Positions 1-13,129 of a DNA stretch of 64,000 nt are shown piece by piece. Every line of letters begins with the position of its first letter. Positions within the stretch are counted from its first letter, which is position 1. The stretch is from Gnetum montanum (taxonomy: Eukaryota; Plantae; Gnetophyta): the NCBI GenBank assembly GCA_015680685.1, contig MNCI01002192.1, positions 127,237-191,236 on the forward strand. The letters run 5' to 3'. The position numbers and the translations under genes were made by a program. Under the pieces are notes generated by a model. The model was not told where the DNA came from and did no database searches. It worked only from the letters and a program-made list of their open reading frames with translations.

Positions 1-589
1 CTTAGCTAGCCGTACACACCCGTGGGTGCTCGTAACTAAGTCGTACTTATCACACGTTCTAGCCTAGCAATGAGTAGCCGATTCCTTGACTAGCCGTACA
101 CATTGGACTACCTCTAGGATTACCAAGCGTAGAATCCTAGAATACGCTACTGGGTTACCAAGCAGCCAATGCTCGTAATCAAGTCGTACTCATGCATTGC
201 AACAAGAAGCAGATTCCTTGACTAGCCGTACACGTCTGTAGATGCTCGTAATCAAGTCGTACTTGTGCGCACTAGGAAAGCAACAAATAAACAATAATAA
301 AACCATGTACTGCAAGGTTTATCCAATCAAGTTCGTCTTTATTGCCGTACACAACTTGGGTTCAGGTTACAAGCTACTTGAATAAAGAGCCGTTCACTCT
401 AGGACTCCTACTGTGGGCACATGGGAAAAATTCTAACTCTGGAGTGATCAATCTGCCAGAGCTTCGCTACTTCTAGCTAGGATTCGGAAATGAAGGGAGT
501 GCTACCTCTTATTTATAGATATGGCGGCAGACCGCAATATCGCAGGGGAAGACGCGATATCGCGGCTCAGTGCATCTCGTGTCTCATCA
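1..589 (-). mobile_element. LTR (5' portion, truncated by window edge) of a young LTR retrotransposon inserted into a copia RNase H region
   Basis: Begins TGATGAG on the minus strand at 589. TATA-like CTATAAATAAG at ~508-518 (minus). Internal repeats TAGCCGTACAC and GCTCGTAATCAAGTCGTACT. CpG-rich. Shares motifs (GGATTACCAAG, GCTACT) with the older LTRs at 4098-4828 and 27750-28497. Confidence 0.75.
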
Positions 590-953
590 AAATGATTGAA
601 TGTATCCAACATGTACTTTGGGTGAACAAATTCTTGAATCATATTGGATCCCAAATTGAATTTTCCATCAAATTGTTCTATGACAACACATCATTTATTC
701 AATTGTCAAATGAACATGTGCTACACAACATATCAAAACACAGATATTAAATTATACTTTATCAAATAAGAGCTAAAGAAGGAAAATATTAAACATATAC
801 ATGTCAAATCCAATAATTAATTGGAAGAGTTATTATGTAAAATTTTATTGAATTATAGGAATGAACACCTATTTCATGGTGTAAGAATTATGAAGATTTC
901 AAATTCAAGACAAGAAGATCATAAGAACTCATATTTCATAATAAAGAAGGAAT
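590..953 (+). pseudogene. Ty1/copia pol C-terminus (RNase H) remnant plus polypurine tract
   Basis: Translation ..QHVLWVNKFL..IKLFYDNTSFIQLSNEHVLHNISKH matches the copia RNase H motif (LW..DN.SAI.L..NPV.H.R.KH). Purine tract AAAGAAGGAA at ~943-952 is followed by TGTT at 954. Confidence 0.75.
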
Positions 954-2131
954 TGTTAAAGATAGTATGTTATGAAAGCATTTTCTAGTAAGCTACGTAA
1001 AGGGAATCATGCCATGAATTATATTTATCTTCATCCACGAAGAAAAGAAAAACTTGATTTATATCATAGTAAAATAAATTGATGGGTAGATGTCCTTTAT
1101 TCTTGCTCTAGTTCATCACTTTATTTTCCTTATTTTTAAGTTTTTATAATTGGAGAATGTCTTTTCAATAAACCCAAATGTGGCCCCAATCATTTTATAT
1201 AAGTTTAAAGATCATACCATGATGTATGTTTTTTTGTTTTAATGAAATAAAGATTTGTTATAAATTTGTTCTTAAAATCTAACTTTTCATCTCCTCTAGT
1301 TTCAATGTCAAATTCTCTTATTAAATTTCATCATTGTTCATTTATCATTTACACATCCAATAGAATTTCATAAAAATCATTAGCTAGTCATATAAAAAAT
1401 TTATCATTATCAATAGATTTCCATAGTTAAATTTACATATAGAAGGCGATAATCCATTAATGAATCTAATTAATTTTATCATTGATCTTAAATAATTACT
1501 CTAGATATCAAAGTTATAAATTAAAGATATCTTCAAGGTAAACATATGAATATAAATTTTTTCTAAATTTAATTTTAAAATTTGAGATATTTATTAAAAA
1601 TAGTTTGGTGATGACTCATGGTCTACTCTTGGTATTATAGGAAATAAACCATGAGTCTACCATAGCTCATGGTATTGCAAGCATCAACTTGTTATTGACC
1701 ATGACTTGTGGTGACCTCATGGTATCAACCATGACCCATGATTAAGTTGTTGTTATTTAAGTTATTCGAACACAACTTGTGCTTACATCATGGTGAATAT
1801 TTGAAGTAAGAAAAAATCACCATGACTTGTGACCATATTCTGGTTATTGCTCAAATGCTCTACAACCTTAAAAATTCTAGGTTTAAGAAGACCATAACGT
1901 ATAGTGCTCTCATGATACACTAGTAGAATTTTTAGAAATCATTACTTCTCTATTTTTTAAATATCATGACTCCTAGTTAGTTCATGGAACCCTCACCATG
2001 ACTGGTGTTATAATACTATGACTTATGGTATGCTTAGAAATAACTACCATGAGTCATGGTCAACTTGTGGTACATCAAGTAGTCATAATTTATTTGAATT
2101 CAAAGATAAAATCAACATATCATCATTAGCA
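954..2131 (+). mobile_element. Copia 3' LTR (degenerate) rich in CCATGA/TCATGG motifs
   Basis: Follows the PPT and ends ..CATCATTAGCA. Homologous, in inverted orientation, to 3141-~3950. Confidence 0.6.
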
Positions 2132-2139
2132 AATTGAAT

Positions 2140-3090
2140 CTTCTTGAGCAACACTTCTTTGTTGATGGTGGTTTCTTCTCCTTTGTTCTTTTTCCCTTTT
2201 TTTATTGTAATTAAAAGGCTTCAAATCCCATAATTCTCCAACATGCTTTCAAAATATGGTCTCTTCTTTTACAAAATTAGCAGAAAAGTATGGAGTTGTT
2301 AAAATTTCTTTGATTATTATTATTCCATCTTCCTCTTATTCTCTTCCTCTTGTTGGGTGAAAATTATTTGTCTTTTCTTGATTTTTTTTGTATTTCTTAT
2401 CTATCTTGATGTATGCTATTGTATTGATTATCCCTACCTCTATCTTGAAATGTTTCTTCTCTTCCTCTCTGATTTGAGAAGTAACCTTGATATGTAAAAT
2501 TAATTTTTCTTCTTACTTTCACAGTTTGGAGGGTTCTAATTTGTGCCACTAATTCATTGATACTTATCATATTCATGTATTTGAATAAGATAATATTTTC
2601 TATGATGTTTTAAAATATTGGATCCTTTAATAAGGTTTGTATAAGTTTCTATACCTTTGATTTAGTGGAATACTTACATCCATATTCATCTATTTTGCTA
2701 ATAGTAATATACATTTTGAAAAAGATATTTTCTATGTCTTCATTTGGTTTTATTTTGAAAGATTCATATTCTTTTTTTTTTATAATAATAATTATTCTAT
2801 CTATTTTCATGATTTCCCATGTATTCTATTTGAAGTAAGTCCCACATGTCTTTGGCACAATGATGGAGAGTGAGTTTGGAATGATGGTAAATTCAAGAGT
2901 AATTTTTTTCTTTTTCTTTTCATATTCTCTTAATTGTGTTCTATTCAAATATTCAATGGCATGGATAATTTAAAAATATATTAATATTATTTTCTAGTAG
3001 TCATTAATTTCTAGAAGGCCTTGTATAAGTATGACCCAAAGACTAAAGTCATGTGTTCCATTAAAAAACATGGAACATTTATTCATAGCT
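2140..3090 (-). pseudogene. Ty1/copia gag remnant
   Basis: Minus-strand fragments NGTHDFSLW..IQGLL, CAKDMWDLL and EYESFKIKPNEDIEN are typical of copia gag (UBN2-type). Confidence 0.7.
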
Positions 3091-3126
3091 TTTGAATTCA
3101 TTTTTATCTATGAAAAGACAAGCTCT

Positions 3127-3137
3127 CTCTAATACCA
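3127..3137 (-). promoter_or_regulatory. Primer-binding site (tRNA-iMet type) of copia element
   Basis: Minus strand reads TGGTATTAGAG (consensus TGGTATCAGAG) between LTR and gag. Confidence 0.65.
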
Positions 3138-3140
3138 ATT

Positions 3141-3950
3141 TTATTGGTGTTGATGATGAAGTGTGCTTTTTTGAGTTGATTAACTTTCAAAATTATTTAA
3201 AATATTTGATTTTTAACAAACCACAAGTCATGATTTGAAGTTTTAAAATGCCATGAGTAAATGGTTAATATACCATGAGCTTACAATAGGTTGTGGTCTA
3301 TGAAAATAAAGAAATAAACCTAACTAAGGATGTAACAAGAAGATCATAAGTCACACACTAAGAAGCCTTAGAAATTTTAGGATTCTAAATCTTTCCATGA
3401 CCATACCACAATTTGTGGTAAATTTTCTTTAATTTATGTTCTCGTCATGAGGTGACCACAAGTCATGGTTGAAGTTCTCAAGTAATCATGACTTAATCAT
3501 GAGCCATGATTGACAGCATGAGTTGACTATAAGTTGTGGTTAGTAAAAAATTGATTTCTACAATATCAAAAATTGTGGTAAAGTCATGATCTATTCTTTT
3601 GTAATACCATAACCTAATCACAAGTTGCGATTCATCAAAGTTTGATGAATATCTCAAGTTTTAAGAGTCAAAATCAAAATAGGTTTTTATGTATGAATTC
3701 ATCTTGAGAAGTTCTTCAATTTGGAACTCTAATATATGATGAATGTTGTCTTGATAAAATATAAATTGGTAATGAATTAATGTAGATGAGTAATGGAATG
3801 CAATATTAAATAGATTGAAGAGAGGATGGATGTTGATAAATTGATGGAAATATTGCAAAGGTTAAATTGTAATGATATATTTAGAGGAAGTTGTGAAAAC
3901 TTAATAAAATTATTGAAATATAAAAATTTGTTAATAAGTTGCAAGTGTCC
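3141..3950 (-). mobile_element. Copia 5' LTR, same family as 954-2131
   Basis: Reverse complement of 3640-3740 aligns with 1500-1600. Same CCACAAGTCATG motifs. Abuts the PBS. Right end is approximate. Confidence 0.6.
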
Positions 3951-4097
3951 CCTATGCCAAATCATATAGATCACAATCATCCATCCATAATTCAGCTGAA
4001 TTTTATGGACAGAACTAGTAATATCTAGATCATTAAGTATTGATTGCAGGTCACTATCTTCTTACTTAGACTAGTAGTAGCTTTATCAAGTATGATT

Positions 4098-4828
4098 TAG
4101 TCTAAAGTGAGACATATGCTTATTGATGTTGTGTAGCTATGGCTAAGCTAGATAAAATTATGGAAATTAATTATTTATTTAATCTAACTAATAAAAAGAA
4201 GATAAGTTCTAAGTTAGCCTAAAGGTGATGAATGTTCATTCCCAACTTGCTGTACATATCTTGAACTCGCATATCCAATGCTGGGATTACCAAGTGTTAA
4301 GCTACTAGGAAAATCAAGTAATAATGCTACTAAGATTACTAAGTGAATAATTACACTTGAAACGAGACATGCTTATTCCACCAATTCATTAATGTCCATG
4401 AAAATGTAAATATTAATTAAGTACATAGAAAGCAAATTACATTAAAAATAAATTTATTCTAAGTAAAAATGCTGCAATAAATATGAATAAATCTTGATCT
4501 TACTATTGTTCATGAAATGTGTCCAAGTACAATGCCACTCAAATAAGGCACAATATAATTTACTCAAATCCATGTTATGGGCACTCACTAACCATTTACT
4601 AAGTCCTATAGAAGAAAAATGCATGAGTCTAGCTACTAGAATAACTAAAGGTGTGATAAACACATAGGACTTGCATTGATAGTCATTTACTATAATTGTG
4701 ACATCGTATTTATGACATAGCATCCCAACCTATGATATAGCATATGTGATATAGTAGACATAATATCATAGATGTGATATAGTAGATGTAATATCTTAGC
4801 TATCTGGTATATTTTTCATGCTTTATCA
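4098..4828 (-). mobile_element. Old LTR (TGATAAAGCATG start), same family as 27750-28497
   Basis: Colinear similarity with 27750-28497 along the whole length. Both end ..TTTTCATGCTTTATCA on the plus strand. No TSD recognised. Confidence 0.7.
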
Positions 4829-6596
4829 TACTTCCACAACTCACCAAAAAAATTTTCTCAAGTTGTATAAGATGGACAAAGTTCATTACAATAATTATGG
4901 GGTGACTATGACTAGATTGACTAACATGACAAAAATGAGTGCAACATTACAAAATTTATTCAAGTGGATGTATTATAAATTTACAAAAAGATTGGATAGA
5001 CATCAAAGTTTACAAAATTACAAAATTTTTCAAAAATTCACCAATGATGAATCTTTAGGTTATCACTAGTGGTGGTACTTTTTTCAGCGTTGGTTGTTAT
5101 GTTGGTGCTTCTCTTTTTATGTATAATTTTTGAAGGATGGACTAAAATGTCTTTTTATTGACCCATGGATTTCTCGGTAGCAAACATGTGATGCTTAAGC
5201 TTGAATTCATGTTTCTACTATTTTCCCATGGGTATGTCCTTCTTTTTCATCCCTTTGGCCTCTTTTCCCTATAATGCTAAAGAATTTTAATCTTAGACAT
5301 CAATTTAAGCATCATCTATAATTACAAAAGGATCAACATTAGTTTTGGAAAATTTTCCTTAATGGTTAACCCTTTTGGGATCTTAGTTAGTGCAAAATTC
5401 AAAAAATTTAGCATTTAAGCTTAATTTGATTGCAAAATAACATTCCTAAGGCTGTTGGATAACTAACATCATTAAGTTATTAAGTCATTTTAATTATGTT
5501 TAATATTAGTTAACATAATGATTGAAAATGGGGTGTTATAAAATGTCAAAAATAAAAAATTTACATCCTTAGCCCCCACAACAAATGAGCTCAACCCCTA
5601 GAGCACACAATGTTTCAACTAATTCAAATCAAATGCTTAGTTTAAAACATATTGCAAATGTAGCAAAATGTTTAAAATTACAAGGTTTCAAAATGGCCAA
5701 GAAAATCTTAAACTTGGAAAAATTTCATTAAGAAAATTAAAAATTAATCAAAATTTATGAGAAGTAGTTCCAAAATTATGCATAAATTTAGAGAGCATGG
5801 CCATGATATCCTTGAAGATGTGAGGTTGGCTTAGAGTCATGATCAAGAAAAGTTATGCAAGTGGATCCTTCTCAAAGTAGGTTGCTACCATAATGCCCTT
5901 GCATAGCAACTTCTATAGAATGTCCATGGACATCTTAGAAGTTAAATTTAGATCATGGCTTTGTTCCAAACACACATAGCCATCTTAGTTGGGATCTTAT
6001 ATGACACTATACAAAAACCATTAGTTATATAAATATATGCAATAGTGAAGTGAATAATGGGATGAGAAGGGATTGCAGAGATTGGGATGTGAGATCTTGT
6101 TTGTAATGGTTCTTATGTCAATTGTGATAAGAATGATCATCATACCTATCTATGCAAGTTTCAAACTAAATCCATACCTTTACTAGTGGCATCACATTAC
6201 CTCATTCCAAATTTACCACCATAGAACCACCACAACCATACTAAAACATGACTACTCAACAAAAAAAACAAGAAAGAAATTTTGATTAATTAATTACTTA
6301 AATATTAAAATTGAGGAAACTTGACCATTGGTTAGAGGGGTATATTCAGGCATATGTAACATATATTTCTAACCTCATAGCTAATGCTAATCCCACTAGA
6401 GGAGTACCTTTAGGCATGGGTAACATGCCTTTACAGTGGTATCCTAGGAATCATCTTTCTTTTATGAATTAACTAATTGGTGTTTGTGCTTCTCTTACTA
6501 GAGAACTACCTTTAAGAAAGGGTAACATGTCTTTCTAGTGACATGACAAGGTAACACTTATTTGTGAACATGCTTCCATTAAAATTAAAACATGAG

Positions 6597-8292
6597 TGTA
6601 GTGACCGAAAATGTTGATGGTTGGAATGGAATACTAAGAGGTTCATAGGTACATAGCTTTAACACTGAGTTCACATGAGGGCTTGTTGGAGGTGGAGACA
6701 GGCTACCTAGAAGGTCTTGTTGATTGAGTAAGGACTTATGAAATGCAATTCCAAATAGTGCTAAGTGTTTGCACAATGTTCATGGTGTTAGCGAGGGTGA
6801 GTGTAGTCAAGGTTTTTAGTGCAAAAAAAGGGTGTTAATGCATGGTAGTGTATGAAAATAGCCAAAAATGCAAGTAAAATTGATAAAAAATGTGTAGGGA
6901 GAGAGTGAGAGAGAAAGTGGCACCACCCTAAATAAGGTTGAGCATAGTTAACTTCAAAAGGGATGAGAAGGTACGCGGTGTATAGCAGGCATAGTAGATA
7001 GCATAGTTATAATCTTGGGGTATCTCGTTGCAAAGAATAACATTCTTCCATGGTTTCTATGCTTGCTAGGTTGGCCACCGTAATGTGTAGTGGATTGCGA
7101 TGGTCTATGTTGGGCTACAATGGTGTGTGAATGCCTTGCCTTCTCAAAATGCACTTCAAAAATGCTAATGTTGTTTCAATTTTTTCAGTTAGATTCCAAT
7201 TTTTGCCAACCCCTAAAACATTGAGGGCTAGGGTATTTATACTTCTAGGGTTCCCATGGAATGTGGATCGGTTGCCACGTGGTAGTAGATAGTTGGGACT
7301 ACGCTACACCTAACTATGCTCTTCACTAAAGTAAGTGGTGTTATGCTCTAGTGTGCTTCAATGGATTTTTCTAGACTACCAAACTATGACTATGCTACCA
7401 ACTGCATGTTCTTGACTCAAACAGGATCACAATGTACCTGAAAAAATGTGAAAAAATGCAACTTTGGAAACTACACTTTGGGACTATGCTATCCACTACC
7501 TTGAGTGGGGTTGAGCATAGTTACAATTTGGGGATAAAAGGGAGTATAAAAAAGATGCATTTTTGCTAACTACACTTGTTGGAAGTGTGTTGGAGCTAAG
7601 CTGAGTGCTAGTGCTACATTGTGGAGGCCATTGGATGCTTTTCTAGTTGACTATGCTTGACTATGCTCTAGACTAGGGGAGAGTGTAGTTCAACACTTTG
7701 AAAAATTTTGTAGAACATGGCTGTATTTTGACTATGCTCTCCATGAAAGGCTAACTATGCTCCCAACTAGGGTCAAGAATAGTCCCAACACTCGAAATTT
7801 TTTTGCAAAGTCTAGCTTCAAGTTGACTATGCCTAACTACGCTCCAGTTTGGTGGAGAGCATGATCTTAACACTAAGAAAATTTCTGTCAAACTAGGTCT
7901 TCCATGCTAACTATGCTTGACTATGCTCCAAGGTAGTGGAGAGCATAGTCTCAAAACTTAGAGAAATTTGTAGCTATTGGCTTGACATTTAGAAAAATTT
8001 GCAAAATTGGCCTTTGGTATTGAATACACTCTCTATTGAGCTAACTACGCTCTAATGTAGTGGAGAGGGTAGTTCCAACACTTAGAAAATTTTTGCAGCT
8101 TCTTGCTTCATGATGACACTGAGGAAAAATTGTAAAAAATTAGTCATCGAAGCTAAATACACTCTATACTGGCTGACTATGCTTTAGGATAGTGGAGAGC
8201 ATAGTCCTAGCACTTAGAAAAATTTTACTTCATGTTGACACTTAGATGAATTTGCAGTTAAGAAGCTATCGCCCAAATTTGATGGTTTTTCA
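6597..8292 (-). repeat. 3' LTR of E1
   Basis: Minus strand TGAAAAACC...CGGTCACTACA. Colinear with 22800-24506. Many GACTATGCTC/GAGCATAGTC and TTAGAAAAATTT motifs. TATA (plus strand GTATTTATA) at ~7232-7240. Confidence 0.95.
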
Positions 8293-8294
8293 TT

Positions 8295-8305
8295 GGCCCC
8301 TCTTT
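8295..8305 (-). promoter_or_regulatory. Polypurine tract of E1
   Basis: Minus strand AAAGAGGGGCC immediately before the 3' LTR start. Confidence 0.85.
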
Positions 8306-9244
8306 GTTGAAGTGTGGAGGAGTGGCCTAAGAGATGTTGACAAAGAACTGCAAAACACCATAGCATGCTTTGCACCAACATTGATCTTTCATGCATAATC
8401 AGATGTTGGTGTGCTATGCTCAAGAGTATTGTGGATAGTGGTATGTTGGGAGTAAAATGATGTAGGTGATGTGCTAGGGGATAACAAGGGAGATGAAATG
8501 TAAAAAGGGTATCATGATGTAGGATGTGGAGTCAACATGGTTGATGATGATCATGGCACTAGAGTGGCTTACCTCTAAGAAACATTAACCTCTTGTTGAA
8601 GTGCTCATGAGAGAGTTAAGGTGGATTCAGGGCTTAACTGGTTGTGAAATTGCAACTCTATTAATTTTCTTGGGAACATGTTTTCCCTCCTTTTCTCTTT
8701 TTGTTTTTTCTTTTTTCTTTTTCAATTTTGTTTTAATTTTTGCTATGGGATGAACCTTCTTTGGGTTTTACACTTTGTTAAATGCTAACCACGAGATGCT
8801 TTCCATCAAGTGGACTACGCACCACCAAATGGGCTTTGATTTAATGCTTGCAAAATGTAGGATAGGTGTTTCTCCTTAGGATGACTTATGTTACATCTGC
8901 TTGGGCTTTGACCAGCCAACAAAGGCTCCCCATGGGACAACTTATGTTATGTCCACCTTGGGTCCTACGTTTTGGCTTGCAAAGAGTGCCATGTGGTTAT
9001 AGGGGCTTGTAGTCTTGACTATGCTAGGGAATGCAAAAGTATGGAGGCATAGGGATGAGTGTAGGCCATAACAAGGTAATAGGGATGTGCACTCTTAAGA
9101 GGCTTAACTAGTCCTATCATGCACATTAGAGCAATGTGGAAACTTGCTGCTGTGATGAGATTCACCTTTGCATAACCACCTCGGCACTTTATCCAATAGA
9201 CACAACTTTGAGAGGAAAAGAAAACCATAAAACATGCAATGCAA

Positions 9245-9660
9245 ATAAAATGTCAAGGGTGATGATGCTGTGAGTTCCAAAGGTTGAACTGATGACATGT
9301 GTGAAAAAAATTAGCAAAATGCCTAAGGGTGATAATGTTGCAAATGCTCCAAAGGCTACACTAGTTGTAGATGTTCAAAAAGCCAAGAAAGTGTCTAAAT
9401 ACGATGATGATATGAATGCTCCAAAGGTTGGGGTGATGGCAAGTGCTCAAGAAAACTAGCAAAATGGTAGGGGGCCATAATGTTGTGAGTGCTCCCAAGG
9501 CTATACCAATGGCAAGAGCTTGAAAAATCAAGAAAATGATGGGGGGCCATAATGTTGCAAGTGCTTCAAAGGCTAGAGTGGTGACAAGAGCTTGAAAAAT
9601 CAGCAAAATGGTAGGGGTCCATGATGCTGCAAGTGCTCTAAAGGCTGAGTTGATGGCTAG
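9245..9660. repeat. ~72-bp tandem repeat array in E1 3' UTR
   Basis: AAAATG(G/A)T(A/G)GGGG..AT(A/G)ATG.TG recurs at 9461, 9533 and 9605, with more degenerate units upstream. Confidence 0.8.
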
Positions 9661-9849
9661 TGTTCCATTTTGGGATTGTTGTATCCCCATCCACATGGTG
9701 CAAAAAAGTTGGGGAGGGGGGGTGGGGGCGGTGACGGGGGGTAAGGGGGAGGGGGGAGGGGACAGGGAGTTAAAATTATTCTCACTTGCTTACTCATGAA
9801 ACTATACATGACTAATGGCAAACCTAGTTTAAGGTCTTGGTAGACTGTG

Positions 9850-10190
9850 ATGTGCTAGTTTATCATCATAGTAGACTGGTATGCTAGTTTATCATTGTAG
9901 CAAATGAGTTGTGCTAGTTTACTATCCTAGCAGATGAGTTGTCCCAGTTTATAGTCATAGTGTATTGCTGTGCTAGTTTATCGATGTAGCAGATGAGCTA
10001 TGATAGTTTATAGTCATAATGGTTTACCGTGCTAGTTTAATGTTGTAGCACACATGCTGTTGTGTTAGTTTGGCATTGTGTCCCAAGCATAAATGTTGTG
10101 CTAGTTTAAGCGTCATAGTGGAAAAATGTGGTGAATGCTAGTTTAATGTCATAGCGAATGATTTGTGCTAGTTTATATTCATAGCAGACT
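9850..10190. repeat. ~29-30-bp tandem array with TGCTAGTTTA core in E1 3' UTR
   Basis: TGCTAGTTTA recurs at ~9853, 9882, 9912, 9971, 10030, 10099, 10136 and 10166. Confidence 0.85.
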
Positions 10191-10254
10191 TGTGCTTACC
10201 TTGCTTTGTTGAGATGTAGCACTACATGCTAGGCATAGTAGGGCTTCAAGTACG

Positions 10255-11330
10255 AATGGTTCACTAGATTGGAAAACTCATTGCCATCTTGATTAGCAAG
10301 CTTAAATGCTCCATTATTATAGGCCTTAGTGACCAAGAAAGGCCCTTCCCAGTTGGTTAAAAATTTATCTGTGGGTTCACGAACAGTGTTGAGGACTAGG
10401 TATCCTTTCTTGATTGGGTGCTAATGTTGGTTGTGATGATGCTTTTGCCATTGCTTTTCTTGGTAACATTCGATGTGATCAAGCATTTGCATGTGATCCT
10501 CTATTAAGTTGAGGTCTACGGTCCTCAACTCATTGTTCTGAGCTTCATCAATGAAGTTTGAGAGAATCATCCAAAGTGATGGAACCCACAATTCAAGGGG
10601 AAAAATTGCTTAAAATCCATAGAAAAGACTATAAGGAATCTTACTTGTTGCTATTTAGCATGTTGTCCAGTAGCCTCAGAGTGCATAGACTAATTGCTCA
10701 TGCCATTATCATTTGCTATTTCTTAGCATCTTCTTTAGAAGGTTGATGATGAATTTGCTAGTGGCCTCCACTTGGCCATTTGCCTGAGGGTAGTACAATG
10801 ATAAGAAGGAATGTTTAATACCAAAGTACTCACAAAAGGCTTTAGTTTTAGCACCACTAAATTATGGCCTATTGTCTATTACTATGATCATGGGTAAGAC
10901 AAAATGGGTCACTATGTTATCAAGCATGAGTTTGCAAACTTGTTGCGATGTTAGCTTTATAAGGGAAATAGCCTCAACCCACTTGGTAAAATATTCAATT
11001 GTAGTTGTGATGAAGCTATGCCCTATGGAGGACTTAGGTGTTATAGGTCCAATGATGTCCAAGCCCCAATGTTAGAACAACCATGTAATCTACATTGTAT
11101 GCAGTTTAGTTGGTGGCACGTGCATTAAGTTGCCATGTTGTTGACACATGTTACACATTTTGGCCTCAACGACACAATTGCACTTCATGTAAGGCCAATA
11201 ATAGCCCAAGCATATGATCTTCATTACCATTGCCCTAGGTGCTATGTGACCTTTTCATAGTCCCTTATAGACTTGCTCAATGATTGTTTGTGCTTTGGTA
11301 TCACTTACGTAGGTTAGCAGTATGCCATCA
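10255..11330 (-). pseudogene. Integrase of E1
   Basis: WGLDIIGPITP..HSFI.TTIEYFTKWVEAI and IVIDN. C-terminal KFLTNWEGPFLV (GPY/F) motif. Multiple stops. Confidence 0.9.
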
Positions 11331-11559
11331 TAGGATCTATAACATGACGTGCTATCACCCATGATGATGTACTACCATGAACATTTTCACACTGCATCCT
11401 TTTGAGTGGTAGTTAACACCCTATAGAAGGTACACCTTAATGTCATCGTACCATTCTCTTGTATGGGTCATGCTAACTATGGCTATGGATGCAATGTTAA
11501 TTATTTGCATGATAGGCACAATGCAATCTGCCACTAAGGTGACAATGCATGGAACATAT

Positions 11560-11950
11560 TAGGTACAATGCTTAAGGCTAATATTGCTAATGTGTCGGCT
11601 ACTACATTTTCATTTTGGGGAATGTATTGGACATCAATAGTTGCAAAGTGTTTGAGCAAGTGCTTTGCTAAATCACAACAAGGTTGTAAATGTTGGGCCT
11701 TGCAAGTATAAATCATTTTCACCTAATTGATCACTAATTGTGAGTCACCTCAGATTGCTAGGTGTTGGATCCCTAAGTCACATGCAACAATGATACCTCA
11801 AAGGAGACCTTTGTACTCTACCATATTGTTAGTGCAGGGAAATGCAAAATGATATGCGAAGGGTTGGATCTTCCTAGAGGAAAATATGATAATGGTAGTG
11901 GTGCTACCCCCTTAAGAGCTTGAAACTCTATCAAAATGCAAGAGTGCCTC
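11560..11950 (-). pseudogene. Additional 'archaeal-type' RNase H (aRH) of E1
   Basis: LHFD..; FPCTNNMVEYKGLL; GDSQLVIN; YIPQNENVVADTLA. Lies between RH and INT, diagnostic of the Tat clade (Ogre/Retand-type order). Confidence 0.9.
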
Positions 11951-11999
11951 ATAGTTTTTGGGCACTTGATTAACACTCCTAATGTGCTCATTTTGGAAT

Positions 12000-13124
12000 T
12001 TTGGATCTATAGTTGCTTGATTGTTAAATAAAGAAACCATAAGCTATGTGGCTATAGCTTGACCTTTTATCGAGGCATGTGCAATGTAATGTAGGTCAAA
12101 ATCCACCATTATTTCTTTCCATCATGCAATACAACTACTTTTGTAGATGTTCATTGTGATTACTAGGAGTACATTATTTTTAGAAATGATGTTGACTTGA
12201 CTACAGAAAAGGAAATGCCTCCACTTCTTGAGTGAGAAGACTAAGGTGAAGCAGTACTTTTCCACATCATTGTATTTTGCTTCATGGGATTCTAATGCAT
12301 GGCTTAAGTAGTAAACTAGGATCTCTATACCATCATCTCACTTTTGGTAATGCAGAGAAGTGATGAATGTGTTAGAAGTGGCAAGGTAGATGTAAAAAGG
12401 TTTATCTCCTTGTGGAGGGTGAACTATAGGAAGTTGCACCAGCACTTGCTTAAGGTTGTTAAATGCTTGTTGGCATTGAGTTGTCCACTCAAAGTGGGCT
12501 TCTTTCTTGAGCAAATGTTGCATTGGCTATAACTTATTAGTTAACCATGTGATAAACCTACATATCAACTACAATCTACCTTGTAACCCTCCTAGCTCCT
12601 TAAGGTTGACTAGGGATGCTAAATTGGTTATGGCCTTAACCTTGTCATGGTCTATGCATATTCGTGTTTTGGATACTACAAAATGAGCATCTGGCCCATT
12701 CTGATTATGAAAATGTGCTTCTTAGGATTTAGCCTAAGATTGTATTTTAAGAAATGTTTAAGTACTATGTCTAGATCATTTGCATGATTATGAGCCACTT
12801 TGGACTTAACTGCAATGTTATTGATGTAGTCATTGAGCAAGCTTAACATGTAATCACTGAAGATATATGTCATTGCACATTGATATGTTGCTCCTGCATT
12901 CTTGAGTCTAAAGGGCATCATGGTATATCAAAATGTATCCTAGGTGGTCATGAAGGTTGTGCTAAGTTGGTACTCAAGGTTGATCCTAATCTAGTTGTAG
13001 CTCGAGAACCCATCCATGAAGGATAACAAGGCATGACTTTCCATGGTATTGATTAGTTGATTAATACTAGGCAAAGGGAAGTCATCTTAAATGGTTGCCT
13101 TGTTCAAGTCTCAGAAGTCTACAC
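12000..13124 (-). pseudogene. RT and RNase H of E1 (RT N-terminus deleted)
   Basis: VDF.DLNKA..DDFPLP, LLSFMDGFS.YN, MPFRLKNAGATYQ, FEWTTQCQQAF.. Sequence upstream of the 'CVDF' motif is missing. Confidence 0.9.
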
Positions 13125-13129
13125 CTAGG

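Noticed and set aside
490-750. 86-aa ORF as a gene
   Set aside because: Chance fusion of LTR sequence (to 589) with a copia RNase H remnant.
1250-3950. Long inverted repeats suggesting a MULE/foldback element
   Set aside because: Each arm has LTR context (PPT upstream of one, PBS and copia gag beside the other). They are two oppositely oriented copia LTRs.
4829-6350. Unassigned AT-rich sequence with an LTR-end-like GGGGTGTTATA (~5530), and LTR-like 28500-29950
   Set aside because: Too degenerate to define boundaries or family without a database search.
9361-9799. Hydrophobic repetitive ORF (env-like?) and Gly-rich ORF
   Set aside because: They are translations of the 72-bp tandem array and the G tract. 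No independent support for coding.
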